36,103 nucleotides of DNA from an uncultured Candidatus Saccharibacteria bacterium (GCA_964360535.1 CAYHXB010000004.1:1-36103); one strand, 5' to 3'; shown: positions 7,307 through 15,675, counted from the stretch's first letter. Made by a program: numbers and translations. Notes: generated by a model from the letters alone, not told the origin.

Positions 7307-9775
7307 TTATCTTTTCCATTGCCAATTTTCTATTTCTTCCGGATCGACTCCGTGTTTTTCTATGTAAGCGCGGTGCGCTTTAAGTTTGTTGTCGTATTTC
7401 TGTTCTATCTTTTCAACCAGGTTCGGCGAAATAACGCCTCTTTTGCCGAGCGTCTGGAAAATTTCTTTCAAGAGATGATACCTGCTCGTTCCGTTCCTGA
7501 CCTGCATATCAAACGGCGTTGTCGTTGAGCCGTTTTCCATATAGCCATGAACAGAAAATCTTTTACCGCTTTGCCATGTAGTATGCTCCGCTCTGCTACT
7601 TAGGTCGCCTCCTGCCTGCGCCGCGTTCGGCGCGGCAGGCAGGTCGTGAATGTGGTCAAAGAGAACCTGCTTGAGCGTTTCGGGGTAACCGTGGAAGTTG
7701 AATATAACCGGTTTGTCTTTGGTGAAATAATCTTCAAAGTCGTGAAGGGGCACGCGGCATTCGGCGTTGCCCAAACCGAGAGACGACAGTTCAATAATAT
7801 TCACGAAGCGGATGCGGACGGACGGATGTTCAACCTTGGCGAGGTCAATAGCGGCAAGCGCTTCTTTGGTCAGATAATCGCCGGTACCGCAAAGCACGAT
7901 ATCCGGATTATCGTCGCTCGCAAAATCCCAGACCATAAGTCCTCGTTCAATGGCGCGTTCGGCGAGCTCCGGCGTCAGCCAGCGCGGTTCAAGCGTCTTT
8001 CCTGCGACAATCAGATTTATTTGATTTCTTGATTCCAGAACTTTTTTCAAAACCGCGAGAGTGGAATTGCCGTCCGGCGGGAAATAAACATTTATGAAAC
8101 ACCCGTGTTTCTGGAGAATATTGTCTATAAATCCCGGGTTCTGGTGAGAGAAGCCGTTGTGCTCCTGGCGCCATCCGGAAGAGGTAAGTATATAGTTCAA
8201 AGAGGGAACCTCGCCGCGCCAGGATATTTCGCGCGCAACTTTCATGAATTTGGCATATTGGTCAACCATGCTTGTGACAACCTGTATGAACGCTTCGTAA
8301 GAGGCGAATATTGCGTGCCTGCCGGTCAAAACATATCCCTGCGTTATTCCCTGAAGCGAATGTTCGGAAAGCATTTCAATAACGCGTCCCTTCTGCTTTA
8401 GGTCCTTATCCCATTTTTTAATGGGCCACATGAAAGCGCGCGCAGTTTCCTTGAAGACCTCGTCCAGTTTGTTGGAATAGGTTTCGTCCGGGGACATCAG
8501 GCGGAAATTGTTTTTATTTCTCGCAATGACTTCCTTGAGATACGCGCCGGCGCGACGCATACTGCTTGAGCCGATGGTGCCAGGCAGACCGTCTTCGGTA
8601 AAGGGCAGTATGTCGGGCAAATCCAGCTTCTTTGTGACTTCCGGGCCTCCGTGCGCGTGCCTACTGTCTCCCATTCTCAATTCTGCGGGCGGGACGAGTT
8701 CTTTTATTTCTTTTATGAATCCCGTGTCTGCAGAAAAAAGTTCGTTGAATTTGTAAGAACGGAGCCACTTCTCAAGCGCTTTTAATTCAACCTTGCTAGT
8801 TTTTGCTTCCGGTGCCACAACCTGATGCGAAAGGCAGTTACCTTCTATTTTTTGTCCGTGAAGTTTTTTTATTCCTGTCCATCCTTTCGGCGTTTTCAAA
8901 ATGAGCATAGGGAAGCGGGGACCTGCCTTGCCGGCAGGCAGGCTTTCTATTTTTTTGCCCTCCTTTTTGGCGGGCAGGCCTGCGCGATATTTTTCCTGTA
9001 TTGAACGAATTTCTTCGTAGCACTTTTCCATTGTGTCGGCCATCTTTCGGTAAATATCTCTGCCCTCAACAATGAACGGCATATAGCCGTATCCGTAAAA
9101 AAGCGACTTCAGTTCTTTGTTGGACATCCGTCCGAAAATTGTCGGGCCGGAAATTTTGTATCCGTTTAAATGGAGTATCGGCAGAACGGCTCCGCTCTCG
9201 GCGGGATTTACGAATTTATTCAAATGCCAAGCCGTTGCCGTCGGGCCGGTTTCTGCTTCGCCGTCGCCGACAACCGTCGCAACGATTAAATCAGGATTAT
9301 CCAAAACAGCGCCGTAAGCGGTTGAAAGGGAATAGCCGAGTTCGCCTCCTTCAAGAATTACGCCGGGCGCCCCGGGATTAGAATGGCTCGGGAATCCGTA
9401 TGGCCAACTGAATTTGCTCGCTATGTAGCCGACACCTTTTTCATCTTCGGTTGCTTCCGGATAATATTTTCCGAGCGTTCCTTCAATAAAAAGATTGGAT
9501 TGTATGGAAGGAAAGCCGTGCCCCGGGCCCATAATGAAAAGCATCTCCGCTTTGTGTTTTGAAATAAGATTCTGTAGATTGGCGTATATGAAATTTGAAC
9601 CGGGGCAGGTTCCCCAATGGCCGAGCAGTCGCGGTTTTATGTGTTCCGGTTTGAGAGGTTCTTTGAGGAGAAAATTATCCCCGAGATAAATTTGCGCCAC
9701 CGAAAGATAATTGGCGGCTCTGACGTATTTTTCTATTCGCTGAAGGTCTTCGCGCATTTGCGTGAATTGTATCAT
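7307..9775 (-). CDS. xfp: Xylulose-5-phosphate / fructose-6-phosphate phosphoketolase
   Basis: Motifs HWGTCPG, GPGHG, EGGELGY, GDGEAETG, NGYKISGPT, FHGYP and TTTPFDM. Sits upstream of ackA on the same strand. Confidence 0.92.
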   Translation of the reverse strand: MIQFTQMREDLQRIEKYVRAANYLSVAQIYLGDNFLLKEPLKPEHIKPRLLGHWGTCPGSNFIYANLQNLISKHKAEMLFIMGPGHGFPSIQSNLFIEGTLGKYYPEATEDEKGVGYIASKFSWPYGFPSHSNPGAPGVILEGGELGYSLSTAYGAVLDNPDLIVATVVGDGEAETGPTATAWHLNKFVNPAESGAVLPILHLNGYKISGPTIFGRMSNKELKSLFYGYGYMPFIVEGRDIYRKMADTMEKCYEEIRSIQEKYRAGLPAKKEGKKIESLPAGKAGPRFPMLILKTPKGWTGIKKLHGQKIEGNCLSHQVVAPEAKTSKVELKALEKWLRSYKFNELFSADTGFIKEIKELVPPAELRMGDSRHAHGGPEVTKKLDLPDILPFTEDGLPGTIGSSSMRRAGAYLKEVIARNKNNFRLMSPDETYSNKLDEVFKETARAFMWPIKKWDKDLKQKGRVIEMLSEHSLQGITQGYVLTGRHAIFASYEAFIQVVTSMVDQYAKFMKVAREISWRGEVPSLNYILTSSGWRQEHNGFSHQNPGFIDNILQKHGCFINVYFPPDGNSTLAVLKKVLESRNQINLIVAGKTLEPRWLTPELAERAIERGLMVWDFASDDNPDIVLCGTGDYLTKEALAAIDLAKVEHPSVRIRFVNIIELSSLGLGNAECRVPLHDFEDYFTKDKPVIFNFHGYPETLKQVLFDHIHDLPAAPNAAQAGGDLSSRAEHTTWQSGKRFSVHGYMENGSTTTPFDMQVRNGTSRYHLLKEIFQTLGKRGVISPNLVEKIEQKYDNKLKAHRAYIEKHGVDPEEIENWQWKR

Positions 9776-9911
9776 AAAACAGCGATATTTTGCGTTTTTT
9801 ATAATTTTGTTTGACTTCTATAATAAAAAGTGATATCATGTTTTCGTTATCAAAGGATATGCCTTGCCGCAGATCTGCGGCTTGGAACACAGCAACTTGA
9901 TAGGTGAAAAA

Positions 9912-10292
9912 ATGGAAAACCCAACAGAAATGAACTATTTCGTGGCAGTTGTCCTATCCGTTTTTCTCTCGGCGACGTTTCTTGTTCGCTGGGGGTTCTA
10001 CGATCCGCTGATGGAGATTCTTCCAAGGCTGCTTTTCGGGATACTTCCGTGGCGCTGTAGGGCTCCGGAATGGGACTGGATTTTGCCACGGGCGTTCTTC
10101 GTGATTGCTGAGTTATTATTTCTGACGTCAGTCGGCGCCGGAGTGGTTTACAGCCAAACTGGAGTACACGTCCTATTTGGCCAGTCAGCTTTATTCGTAG
10201 CTGGGCTGATTTTCAGGAACTTTGTTCGCATAGGTCTTCTGGAGGACGGCTGCGACGAAGTATTCATAAGAAAGGTTTTCAGCCCGTGGTAG
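9912..10292 (+). CDS. Hypothetical small membrane protein
   Basis: ATG at 9912 preceded by AGGTGA. Three to four hydrophobic segments. No recognisable family. Confidence 0.4.
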   Translation: MENPTEMNYFVAVVLSVFLSATFLVRWGFYDPLMEILPRLLFGILPWRCRAPEWDWILPRAFFVIAELLFLTSVGAGVVYSQTGVHVLFGQSALFVAGLIFRNFVRIGLLEDGCDEVFIRKVFSPW

Positions 10293-10323
10293 TGTGTCTG
10301 CTGTCATGCCAGCAAGTTTTAAC

Positions 10324-10365
10324 CCCTCCGCTCATTAGTTTGCAGCGGAGGGTGTTTCATTTTTC
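10324..10365 (+). terminator. Intrinsic terminator-like hairpin
   Basis: CCCTCCGC (10324-10331) pairs with GCGGAGGG (10345-10352), followed by TGTTTCATTTTT. Confidence 0.55.
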
Positions 10366-10373
10366 CAAGTAGT

Positions 10374-10393
10374 CCTGCCTGCCGGCAGGCAGG
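10374..10393. repeat. Perfect 20-nt palindrome CCTGCCTGCCGGCAGGCAGG (member of a dispersed family)
   Basis: The palindrome was read directly. Related copies lie at 7611-7643, 8922-8942, 13566-13586 and 33584-33597. Confidence 0.8.
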
Positions 10394-10415
10394 GAAAATG
10401 CGACCGCCACATTCC

Positions 10416-10445
10416 CTAGGTGCTATGATACATCATAGCACCTAG
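10416..10445. promoter_or_regulatory. 30-bp palindrome (14-bp arms, 2-nt centre), possible operator or hairpin upstream of ftsH
   Basis: CTAGGTGCTATGAT-AC-ATCATAGCACCTAG was checked base by base. It lies about 210 bp upstream of the ftsH start. Confidence 0.35.
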
Positions 10446-10656
10446 ATTCCTTACTTTAATTGAATTGAATGTATTTTTATTGATTGGCTTTGACCTTCAC
10501 GCCAAACGGCGATGGTTAAAGTATTCGTCGCAATGCGCCATTCGCCGTTATGATGTAGGGGTGGACACTATTTTTAAAAAAGTTTAAAATACATTTCACT
10601 TGCGACAATTGCATAAATTCCGTAATTGCCCAATTCGTATTTTTTAATCTAACAAA

Positions 10657-12492
10657 ATGAAAAACTTTTCAAAAAACATCCTCTGGGGGGTTCTGACGTT
10701 GATTCTCGTTTCCATGGTATTCTCGGAATTTTCCGGGACTGCGGCTAAGCCGCAGGAATTGAGTTTGAGCCAGCTGACCGACAAAATAAACGCCGGACAG
10801 GTTACCGAAATCGGCATAAACGGAGAAGAACTCAAAATAAAACTTGCTGACGGCACCCCCGCCATTTCCAAAAAGGAAGCGGAAGCAGGCCTGACTCAAT
10901 CGCTTAAAAATCTCAATGTAAATTCCGAGGCATTACAGAAAGTGAAACTTGCCGTGGAAAGCCAGTCGGGCGCCAACTACTGGGCTGCAATTCTCATTCC
11001 TACACTTTTGCCTATTTTGATTATCGGCGCCATTTTCTGGTTCATGCTCCGGCAGGCTAAAACGGGCGTCAATCAGGCGTTCAGCTTCGGGCGTTCCAAT
11101 ATCCGCCTTTCCGGTTTCGGCAAGGAGAAAGTCACATTCAAGGATGTTGCCGGACTTAAGGAAGCCAAAGAAGAGCTTCTTGAGATAGTCCAGTTCCTGA
11201 AGGACCCGAAAAAGTTTTGGGATTTGGGGGCGAGAATCCCGCGCGGAGTTCTTTTAATGGGACAGCCGGGCACGGGCAAGACATTGATGGCGCGCGCCGT
11301 CGCTGGCGAGAGTAATGTGCCCTTCTTTAATATTTCCGCTTCGGAGTTCGTTGAAATGTTCGTCGGCGTCGGAGCTTCGCGCACGCGTGACGCTTTCGCC
11401 ACCGCAAAAAAAGCGGCCCCCTCAATTCTTTTCATTGATGAAATTGACGCAGTCGGACGCCAGCGCGGAGCCGGACTCGGCGGAGGCAACGACGAACGTG
11501 AGCAGACGCTTAACCAGATTCTTGTGGAATTGGACGGGTTTGAGCGCGACACGAGAGTTATTATTCTCGCCGCCACCAACCGTCCCGATATTCTGGACCC
11601 GGCGCTTTTACGTCCCGGCAGGTTTGACCGCAGAGTTGTTCTTGATTTGCCGGACATAAAAGACCGCGAAGAAATTTTGAAAATCCACAGCAAAGGCAAA
11701 ACGCTCGGCAAGGACGTTGATTTGAGAAAATTGGCCGTCAGGACGCCGGGATTTTCGGGAGCAGACCTCGCGAACCTGATGAATGAAGGCGCCATTCTTG
11801 CCGCGCGCGCCAACAAAAAAGCCGTAGGACAAGAAGAACTCCAGGAAGCGATTGAGAAAGTCATGCTCGGGCCCGAAAGAAAAAACCGCGTCATTACGGA
11901 CAACGAAAAGAAAATAACCGCTTATCACGAAGGCGGACACGCGCTCGTGGCGGCGTCCATCAAGGGCTCGGACCCGGTGCAGAAAATTTCCATCATCAGC
12001 AGGGGAATGGCCGGCGGATACACGATGAAACTTCCGCTTGAAGAAGAAAATCTCCGCACCAAGACGCAGTTCCTGAATGACCTTGCAATGATGATGGGAG
12101 GGTTTGTTTCCGAAAAAATGACTTTCGGCGACGTTTCCACCGGCGCCTCAAACGACCTTGAGCACGCCTCCGAGCTTGCCCGCCACATGGTCACCAGATA
12201 CGGAATGAGCGAAAAACTCGGCCCGATGACTTTCGGCAAAACCCAGGGACTTATCTTTCTGGGCAGAGAGATGACCACGGAGAAAAATTATTCTGAAAAA
12301 ATGGCGGAGAAAATAGACGAAGAAACCAGAGTGTTCATTGACCGCGCTTACGCCGTTGCCCAAAAAGTTTTGCTCTCCAATAAAAAAGCGCTTAAAAAAA
12401 TCGCCGAAACCCTTATGGAAAAAGAAACGCTGGAAGGCGAGGAATTTTACAATTTGCTAAAACCATTTAGAATAAAGCCCGTAGTAGTTTAG
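10657..12492 (+). CDS. ftsH: ATP-dependent zinc metalloprotease FtsH
   Basis: N-terminal TM helices; Walker A GQPGTGKT; Walker B ILFIDEID; [22 protein letters not shown]; zinc site HEGGH. Confidence 0.95.
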   Translation: MKNFSKNILWGVLTLILVSMVFSEFSGTAAKPQELSLSQLTDKINAGQVTEIGINGEELKIKLADGTPAISKKEAEAGLTQSLKNLNVNSEALQKVKLAVESQSGANYWAAILIPTLLPILIIGAIFWFMLRQAKTGVNQAFSFGRSNIRLSGFGKEKVTFKDVAGLKEAKEELLEIVQFLKDPKKFWDLGARIPRGVLLMGQPGTGKTLMARAVAGESNVPFFNISASEFVEMFVGVGASRTRDAFATAKKAAPSILFIDEIDAVGRQRGAGLGGGNDEREQTLNQILVELDGFERDTRVIILAATNRPDILDPALLRPGRFDRRVVLDLPDIKDREEILKIHSKGKTLGKDVDLRKLAVRTPGFSGADLANLMNEGAILAARANKKAVGQEELQEAIEKVMLGPERKNRVITDNEKKITAYHEGGHALVAASIKGSDPVQKISIISRGMAGGYTMKLPLEEENLRTKTQFLNDLAMMMGGFVSEKMTFGDVSTGASNDLEHASELARHMVTRYGMSEKLGPMTFGKTQGLIFLGREMTTEKNYSEKMAEKIDEETRVFIDRAYAVAQKVLLSNKKALKKIAETLMEKETLEGEEFYNLLKPFRIKPVVV

Positions 12493-12566
12493 AGTTTGGA
12501 ACTTGGAATTTAGAGCTTGGTTATTGGTGGCTTTTTGACCAAATACCAAGTTCCAATAACCAATAA

Positions 12567-12853
12567 ATGGGCGTATAGCTCAATGGCACCCTCCAAAGGC
12601 GGGCAGGGAGCTCCCGAGCTTACAGTTTGGAACGAGGCAGGTGTAAAAAAGCCAACCTTTTTTATTTCTGCCGAGTGAACAAATTGATGAAATGCGAAGC
12701 ATTTCATATACCTTGAGGATCGGAATATTGAATTTTGGGGTGGGCCAGGAGTAGTATTTACAAGTAAACAATGGGCCAGTAGCTTATCACCGCTATAGCG
12801 GGACCCCGCCATCGGCGGTGGGTGGCTAAAGCAGAAATTAGAATATTAAACAT
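12567..12853 (+). repeat. tRNA-Ile 5' pseudo-fragment followed by an about 265-nt hairpin-rich spacer containing the shared GC double-hairpin element
   Basis: 12567-12588 (ATGGGCGTATAGCTCAATGGCA) matches 12852-12873 at 21 of 22 positions. The D-stem 3' strand is missing after the first copy, so it is not a functional tRNA. Element 12788-12829 matches the reverse complement of 4331-4373. Several strong hairpins are present, for example ATGAAATGC-GAA-GCATTTCAT. Confidence 0.65.
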
Positions 12854-12925
12854 GGGCGTATAGCTCAACGGCAGAGCACGAAGCTTATACCTTCGCGGTT
12901 CTAGGTTCGAATCCTAGTGCGCCCA
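12854..12925 (+). tRNA. tRNA-Ile with genomically encoded anticodon TAT (UAU)
   Basis: Manual cloverleaf: acceptor GGGCGTA/TGCGCCC; D arm GCTC-AACGGCA-GAGC; anticodon arm CGAAG-CTTATAC-CTTCG, which places TAT at positions 34-36 (12886-12888); T arm CTAGG-TTCGAAT-CCTAG; discriminator A. No CCA is encoded. Confidence 0.85.
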
Positions 12926-12969
12926 CATTAGATTTTGTTAGTGCGGAAGCGCGTTACAAAATCTTATGT

Positions 12970-13006
12970 CCCGCAGAATGCGGGGCAGATCCCGCCATCG
13001 GCGGGG
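12970..13006. repeat. Tandem GC-rich tri-loop hairpins (CCCGCA-GAA-TGCGGG and CCCGCC-ATC-GGCGGG)
   Basis: Read directly. The architecture is the same as the elements at 12788-12829 and 4331-4373. Confidence 0.6.
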
Positions 13007-13020
13007 CTAAAATTTATAAG

Positions 13021-13554
13021 ATGAAAAATTTCAGTTTGAAATTCGTTGATATCTTAATCGGCATAGTGCTCGGCCTTGGTTTCCAATGGTGGCCATCGCT
13101 TCAATATCCATGGCAATACGCGGCTTTTATTTTTGTTTATTTTGACATTGTCGATTACTGGATTGATTATTCTCCCTCGTTAAAGAAATTCCCGCCCAAA
13201 AGGGAAATTGACGTTATGCTTGATGTCGCGATTATGTTCACGCTTTTTCTGTACATATATGCCACTCAACTTACGTCGGTTTATTTTTTGACCGTTTTCG
13301 TCATTTGGAAAATTTTGGATTACTTCTGGCTTTTGAGTTCCAGGCATGAATATCTTCCAACCGGTACGGATAAAATTTATGTTAATACATGGATGCAGTT
13401 TGACCTGATAGAAGCAGTTATTGCGGTGGTATTGATTGGAGGAGCCATTCTATTCAATATAGAATCTTTAATTATCATTATCGCGTTCATTGTTTGCAGG
13501 ATTATCGTGCGGGTATTGGCGAGTATCCGCTATAAAAAAATCCATTTTACTTAA
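13021..13554 (+). CDS. Hypothetical multi-pass membrane protein
   Basis: Five or six hydrophobic segments in an AT-rich gene. No recognisable family. Confidence 0.5.
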   Translation: MKNFSLKFVDILIGIVLGLGFQWWPSLQYPWQYAAFIFVYFDIVDYWIDYSPSLKKFPPKREIDVMLDVAIMFTLFLYIYATQLTSVYFLTVFVIWKILDYFWLLSSRHEYLPTGTDKIYVNTWMQFDLIEAVIAVVLIGGAILFNIESLIIIIAFIVCRIIVRVLASIRYKKIHFT

Positions 13555-13565
13555 AGATTCGAGTC

Positions 13566-13586
13566 CCTGCCTACCCGGCAGGCAGG
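13566..13586. repeat. CCTGCC...GGCAGGCAGG palindrome family member
   Basis: CCTGCCTACCCGGCAGGCAGG, read directly in the intergenic spacer. Confidence 0.7.
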
Positions 13587-13621
13587 CTTCCTGACCCACA
13601 TAAATTTGATACAATAAAAAT

Positions 13622-14191
13622 ATGGACAGTTTATTTTTAATACTTTTCTTTGCATCAATTGTTTGTCTTATTGTCGGGCTAGTTAAGCCATCTGCTTTTT
13701 CTCGTTTTATTAAAGGAGACATAACGAGAAAAAAGATTGGACTAATTTTCGGTAGCAGCGTCGTCATTTTCTTTATTTTATTTGGTATTTCAACGGATAT
13801 TTCAAAGAAACAAGAACAAACAGCTCAAACGTCACCGATTGCAACAAACATAGTTCTCGCTCAACATAAAGTCATTCCCGAGGATATTCATGGCACAACC
13901 AGAATAATTCATGTCATAGTTCAGACAAATATCAAAAAGGATGAGATTATCACAATAAATGATAGTTTGATTAATAGTTATTCTGGTGGATTGACCCATT
14001 TAACCATTGAATATTTTGATGACGAAGTAATTGCAGCTGATTATTTTCAGAAACTTTCTAAAGTATCAGAAGCAGAGGGTGAAAAATTGTTTAAACATTA
14101 TATAGGGACATATACAATGAATAAAACCACTGGGTATAATAAGTTAAACTTTAATGAAGAGAATAACTGGGTAACGATTAAGGAATATTAA
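13622..14191 (+). CDS. Hypothetical membrane-anchored protein
   Basis: Two N-terminal hydrophobic helices followed by a soluble domain. No recognisable family. Confidence 0.5.
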   Translation: MDSLFLILFFASIVCLIVGLVKPSAFSRFIKGDITRKKIGLIFGSSVVIFFILFGISTDISKKQEQTAQTSPIATNIVLAQHKVIPEDIHGTTRIIHVIVQTNIKKDEIITINDSLINSYSGGLTHLTIEYFDDEVIAADYFQKLSKVSEAEGEKLFKHYIGTYTMNKTTGYNKLNFNEENNWVTIKEY

Positions 14192-14304
14192 TAAATCCAG
14201 TTTCTCAATTTCCCTCATACCCTCCCCATGGACTTCAAGCAGGCCTGCCTAGCCCACCTAGTTGAGTTCGAGCTTGCGTAAAGAGCAAAAATAATACTAT
14301 CATA

Positions 14305-14313
14305 TGGTATAAT
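14305..14313 (+). promoter_or_regulatory. Extended -10 promoter element TGGTATAAT
   Basis: Matches TGnTATAAT and lies 30 nt upstream of the ATG at 14343. It sits between the inverted repeats CTTGCGTAA (14271-14279) and TTACGCAAG (14318-14326). Confidence 0.45.
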
Positions 14314-14342
14314 ATGCTTACGCAAGCATAATAAGTAAATAT

Positions 14343-14546
14343 ATGAAAAAGACTATAAATTGGACCAATATATTCAAGAAATATAAGGGTTTGTGGGTTG
14401 CATTGGATGAAGATGAAAAAACAGTAATTTCTTCTTCGGAGAATGCAAAGGAAGCGTATGAAAAAGCCATTAAAAAAGGAATTGAAGTTCCAATTATGCT
14501 TAATGTTCCATTAGAACCTAATTCATTTGTAGGAGGGTCGTTTTGA
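14343..14546 (+). CDS. Small DUF5678-like protein (possible antitoxin-like partner)
   Basis: 67 aa. The pattern YKGLWVAL-D...V.....A.EAYEKA.KKGI..P....VP matches my recollection of DUF5678-type proteins. Its stop lies 1 nt before the next ORF. Confidence 0.5.
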   Translation: MKKTINWTNIFKKYKGLWVALDEDEKTVISSSENAKEAYEKAIKKGIEVPIMLNVPLEPNSFVGGSF

Positions 14547-14547
14547 T

Positions 14548-14991
14548 TTGAAGGGTATGGTGGGTATGAAGTTTCCATATAAACAATTACCAGCGAACCC
14601 CAGCGTCGCCTTTCCTAAGCGGACAAAAATTTATAGACCGATAATTCCCGTAACAATTGAGTATAACGGGAAAAAAGTTGGTTATGAAGCCTTAATAGAT
14701 TCAGGTTCAGATTGGGATATCTTTCCCGAAGCTCTTGGTGGAATTATCGGTATAGATGTTCAAAAAGGAGCAATAGATAAATTCGGGGGAATTGGTGGTG
14801 GTCAATTCACTGCTTACTTTCATGATATAACTCTGTATATAGGAGGGTGGCCCATGAAAGTATGGTGTGGATTTTCACCGGACATACCACCAAAAGTGGC
14901 GCATGGTATTTTAGGTCAAGTCGGCTTTTTCAATAATTTCATAGTTAAGTTTGAAATGAATAAATTGGAAGTTGAAATAAAGAAGATATAA
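14548..14991 (+). CDS. Retropepsin-like (clan AA) aspartic protease domain protein
   Basis: The catalytic signature ALIDSGSD and the downstream GILGQVGFFNNF flap/dimer motif are typical of Asp_protease_2 / gag-asp_proteas families. The start is uncertain (TTG 14548, ATG 14557 or ATG 14566). Confidence 0.65.
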   Translation: MKGMVGMKFPYKQLPANPSVAFPKRTKIYRPIIPVTIEYNGKKVGYEALIDSGSDWDIFPEALGGIIGIDVQKGAIDKFGGIGGGQFTAYFHDITLYIGGWPMKVWCGFSPDIPPKVAHGILGQVGFFNNFIVKFEMNKLEVEIKKI

Positions 14992-15041
14992 TAAAAACAT
15001 GGACCAAGAAACCACAACCGTTAATTTATGTGAGTAGAATA

Positions 15042-15050
15042 TGCTATAAT
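15042..15050 (+). promoter_or_regulatory. Extended -10 promoter element TGCTATAAT
   Basis: Exact TGnTATAAT match, 60 nt upstream of the hicB-like start. Confidence 0.4.
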
Positions 15051-15109
15051 TTAAATCAATAAAACACACCATTGACGCGCATTAAATTAAGTCGTATAAA
15101 GGGTATCTA

Positions 15110-15436
15110 ATGAACTTACTCAAAGTAACAAAAGATAAGGCAATAAAAGCACTACTGGGAAAGGCGACTGTTCCAAGCGGGCTTTATGAGCTTAATAAAT
15201 ATTTCAGGCAGTATGGTCCGATTGAATTTAAGCATCATAAAGATGATGGTCTTATAATTTCTGTTAGTACCAATTTTAAATATGGAAGCATAATTGCCCA
15301 CGGACGCAACTTGGAAGAGCTTGATAAAAACGTGAGAGACGCGATTTTGACTTCATTTGAAGTTCCTTCTTCCTATAAAAAGGAAGCCGCTATAGTTAAG
15401 GAGGGGGAACGGCAGAACGCCTATGCCCTCGCTTAG
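15110..15436 (+). CDS. hicB: HicB-like antitoxin
   Basis: Size, position, and a 14-nt overlap with the hicA-like gene. The pattern G.Y.......G....HG.NLEEL..NVRDAI fits the HicB N-terminal fold. Confidence 0.55.
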   Translation: MNLLKVTKDKAIKALLGKATVPSGLYELNKYFRQYGPIEFKHHKDDGLIISVSTNFKYGSIIAHGRNLEELDKNVRDAILTSFEVPSSYKKEAAIVKEGERQNAYALA

Positions 15437-15668
15437 TGAATTACCCGGAGAAATTAAGCAGAATCGTTTTTGTAAAGCCCTTAAAAGGGTAGGTTTTGAA
15501 ATTAATAAGGTGGGCGGAGATGGTAGCCATTTTAAGGCAATATGGCCAAGAAATCAGAAATCGGTAACTATACCTTACGATCTTCCTAAGCAAACATTAA
15601 AATATATTCTTAAAGAATTAGAAGAAATAAGCGGAGTTGATTGGAATCAAATTAAAAAAGAACTATAA
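15423..15668 (+). CDS. hicA: HicA-like (YcfA family) mRNA interferase toxin
   Basis: [22 protein letters not shown]...[19 protein letters not shown] matches the YcfA/HicA pattern (GSH, vTiP, gTl..IlkqaG). Confidence 0.7.
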   Translation: MPSLSELPGEIKQNRFCKALKRVGFEINKVGGDGSHFKAIWPRNQKSVTIPYDLPKQTLKYILKELEEISGVDWNQIKKEL

Positions 15669-15675
15669 TCTTCTC

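Noticed and set aside
7185-7367. 60-aa plus-strand ORF in the xfp-ackA spacer (KLYNF...GGSAFGGKLYNF)
   Set aside because: It is just the translation of the palindromic element and its flanking direct repeats. It overlaps the ends of ackA and xfp on the other strand.
11073-11903. 276-aa minus-strand ORF
   Set aside because: It is antisense to the AAA+ core of ftsH. Its composition (Ser/Arg/Pro-rich) is typical of antisense translation of a GC-richer gene.
12510-12812. 100-aa and 63-aa minus-strand ORFs in the ftsH to tRNA-Ile spacer
   Set aside because: The region is packed with hairpins, a tRNA fragment and a repeat element. There is no RBS or family signal. It is more likely non-coding, structured sequence.
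12567-12925. Idea that the whole region is a tmRNA or an intron-containing tRNA
   Set aside because: For tmRNA: the acceptor stem has G3-C70 rather than the G3-U70 needed for alanine charging, and the 3' part is a complete, canonical tRNA on its own. For a group I intron: bacterial examples sit in the anticodon loop, whereas here similarity ends in the D loop and the downstream gene has its own intact 5' half. An intron is not needed to explain it. Neither idea can be fully excluded without a covariance-model scan.
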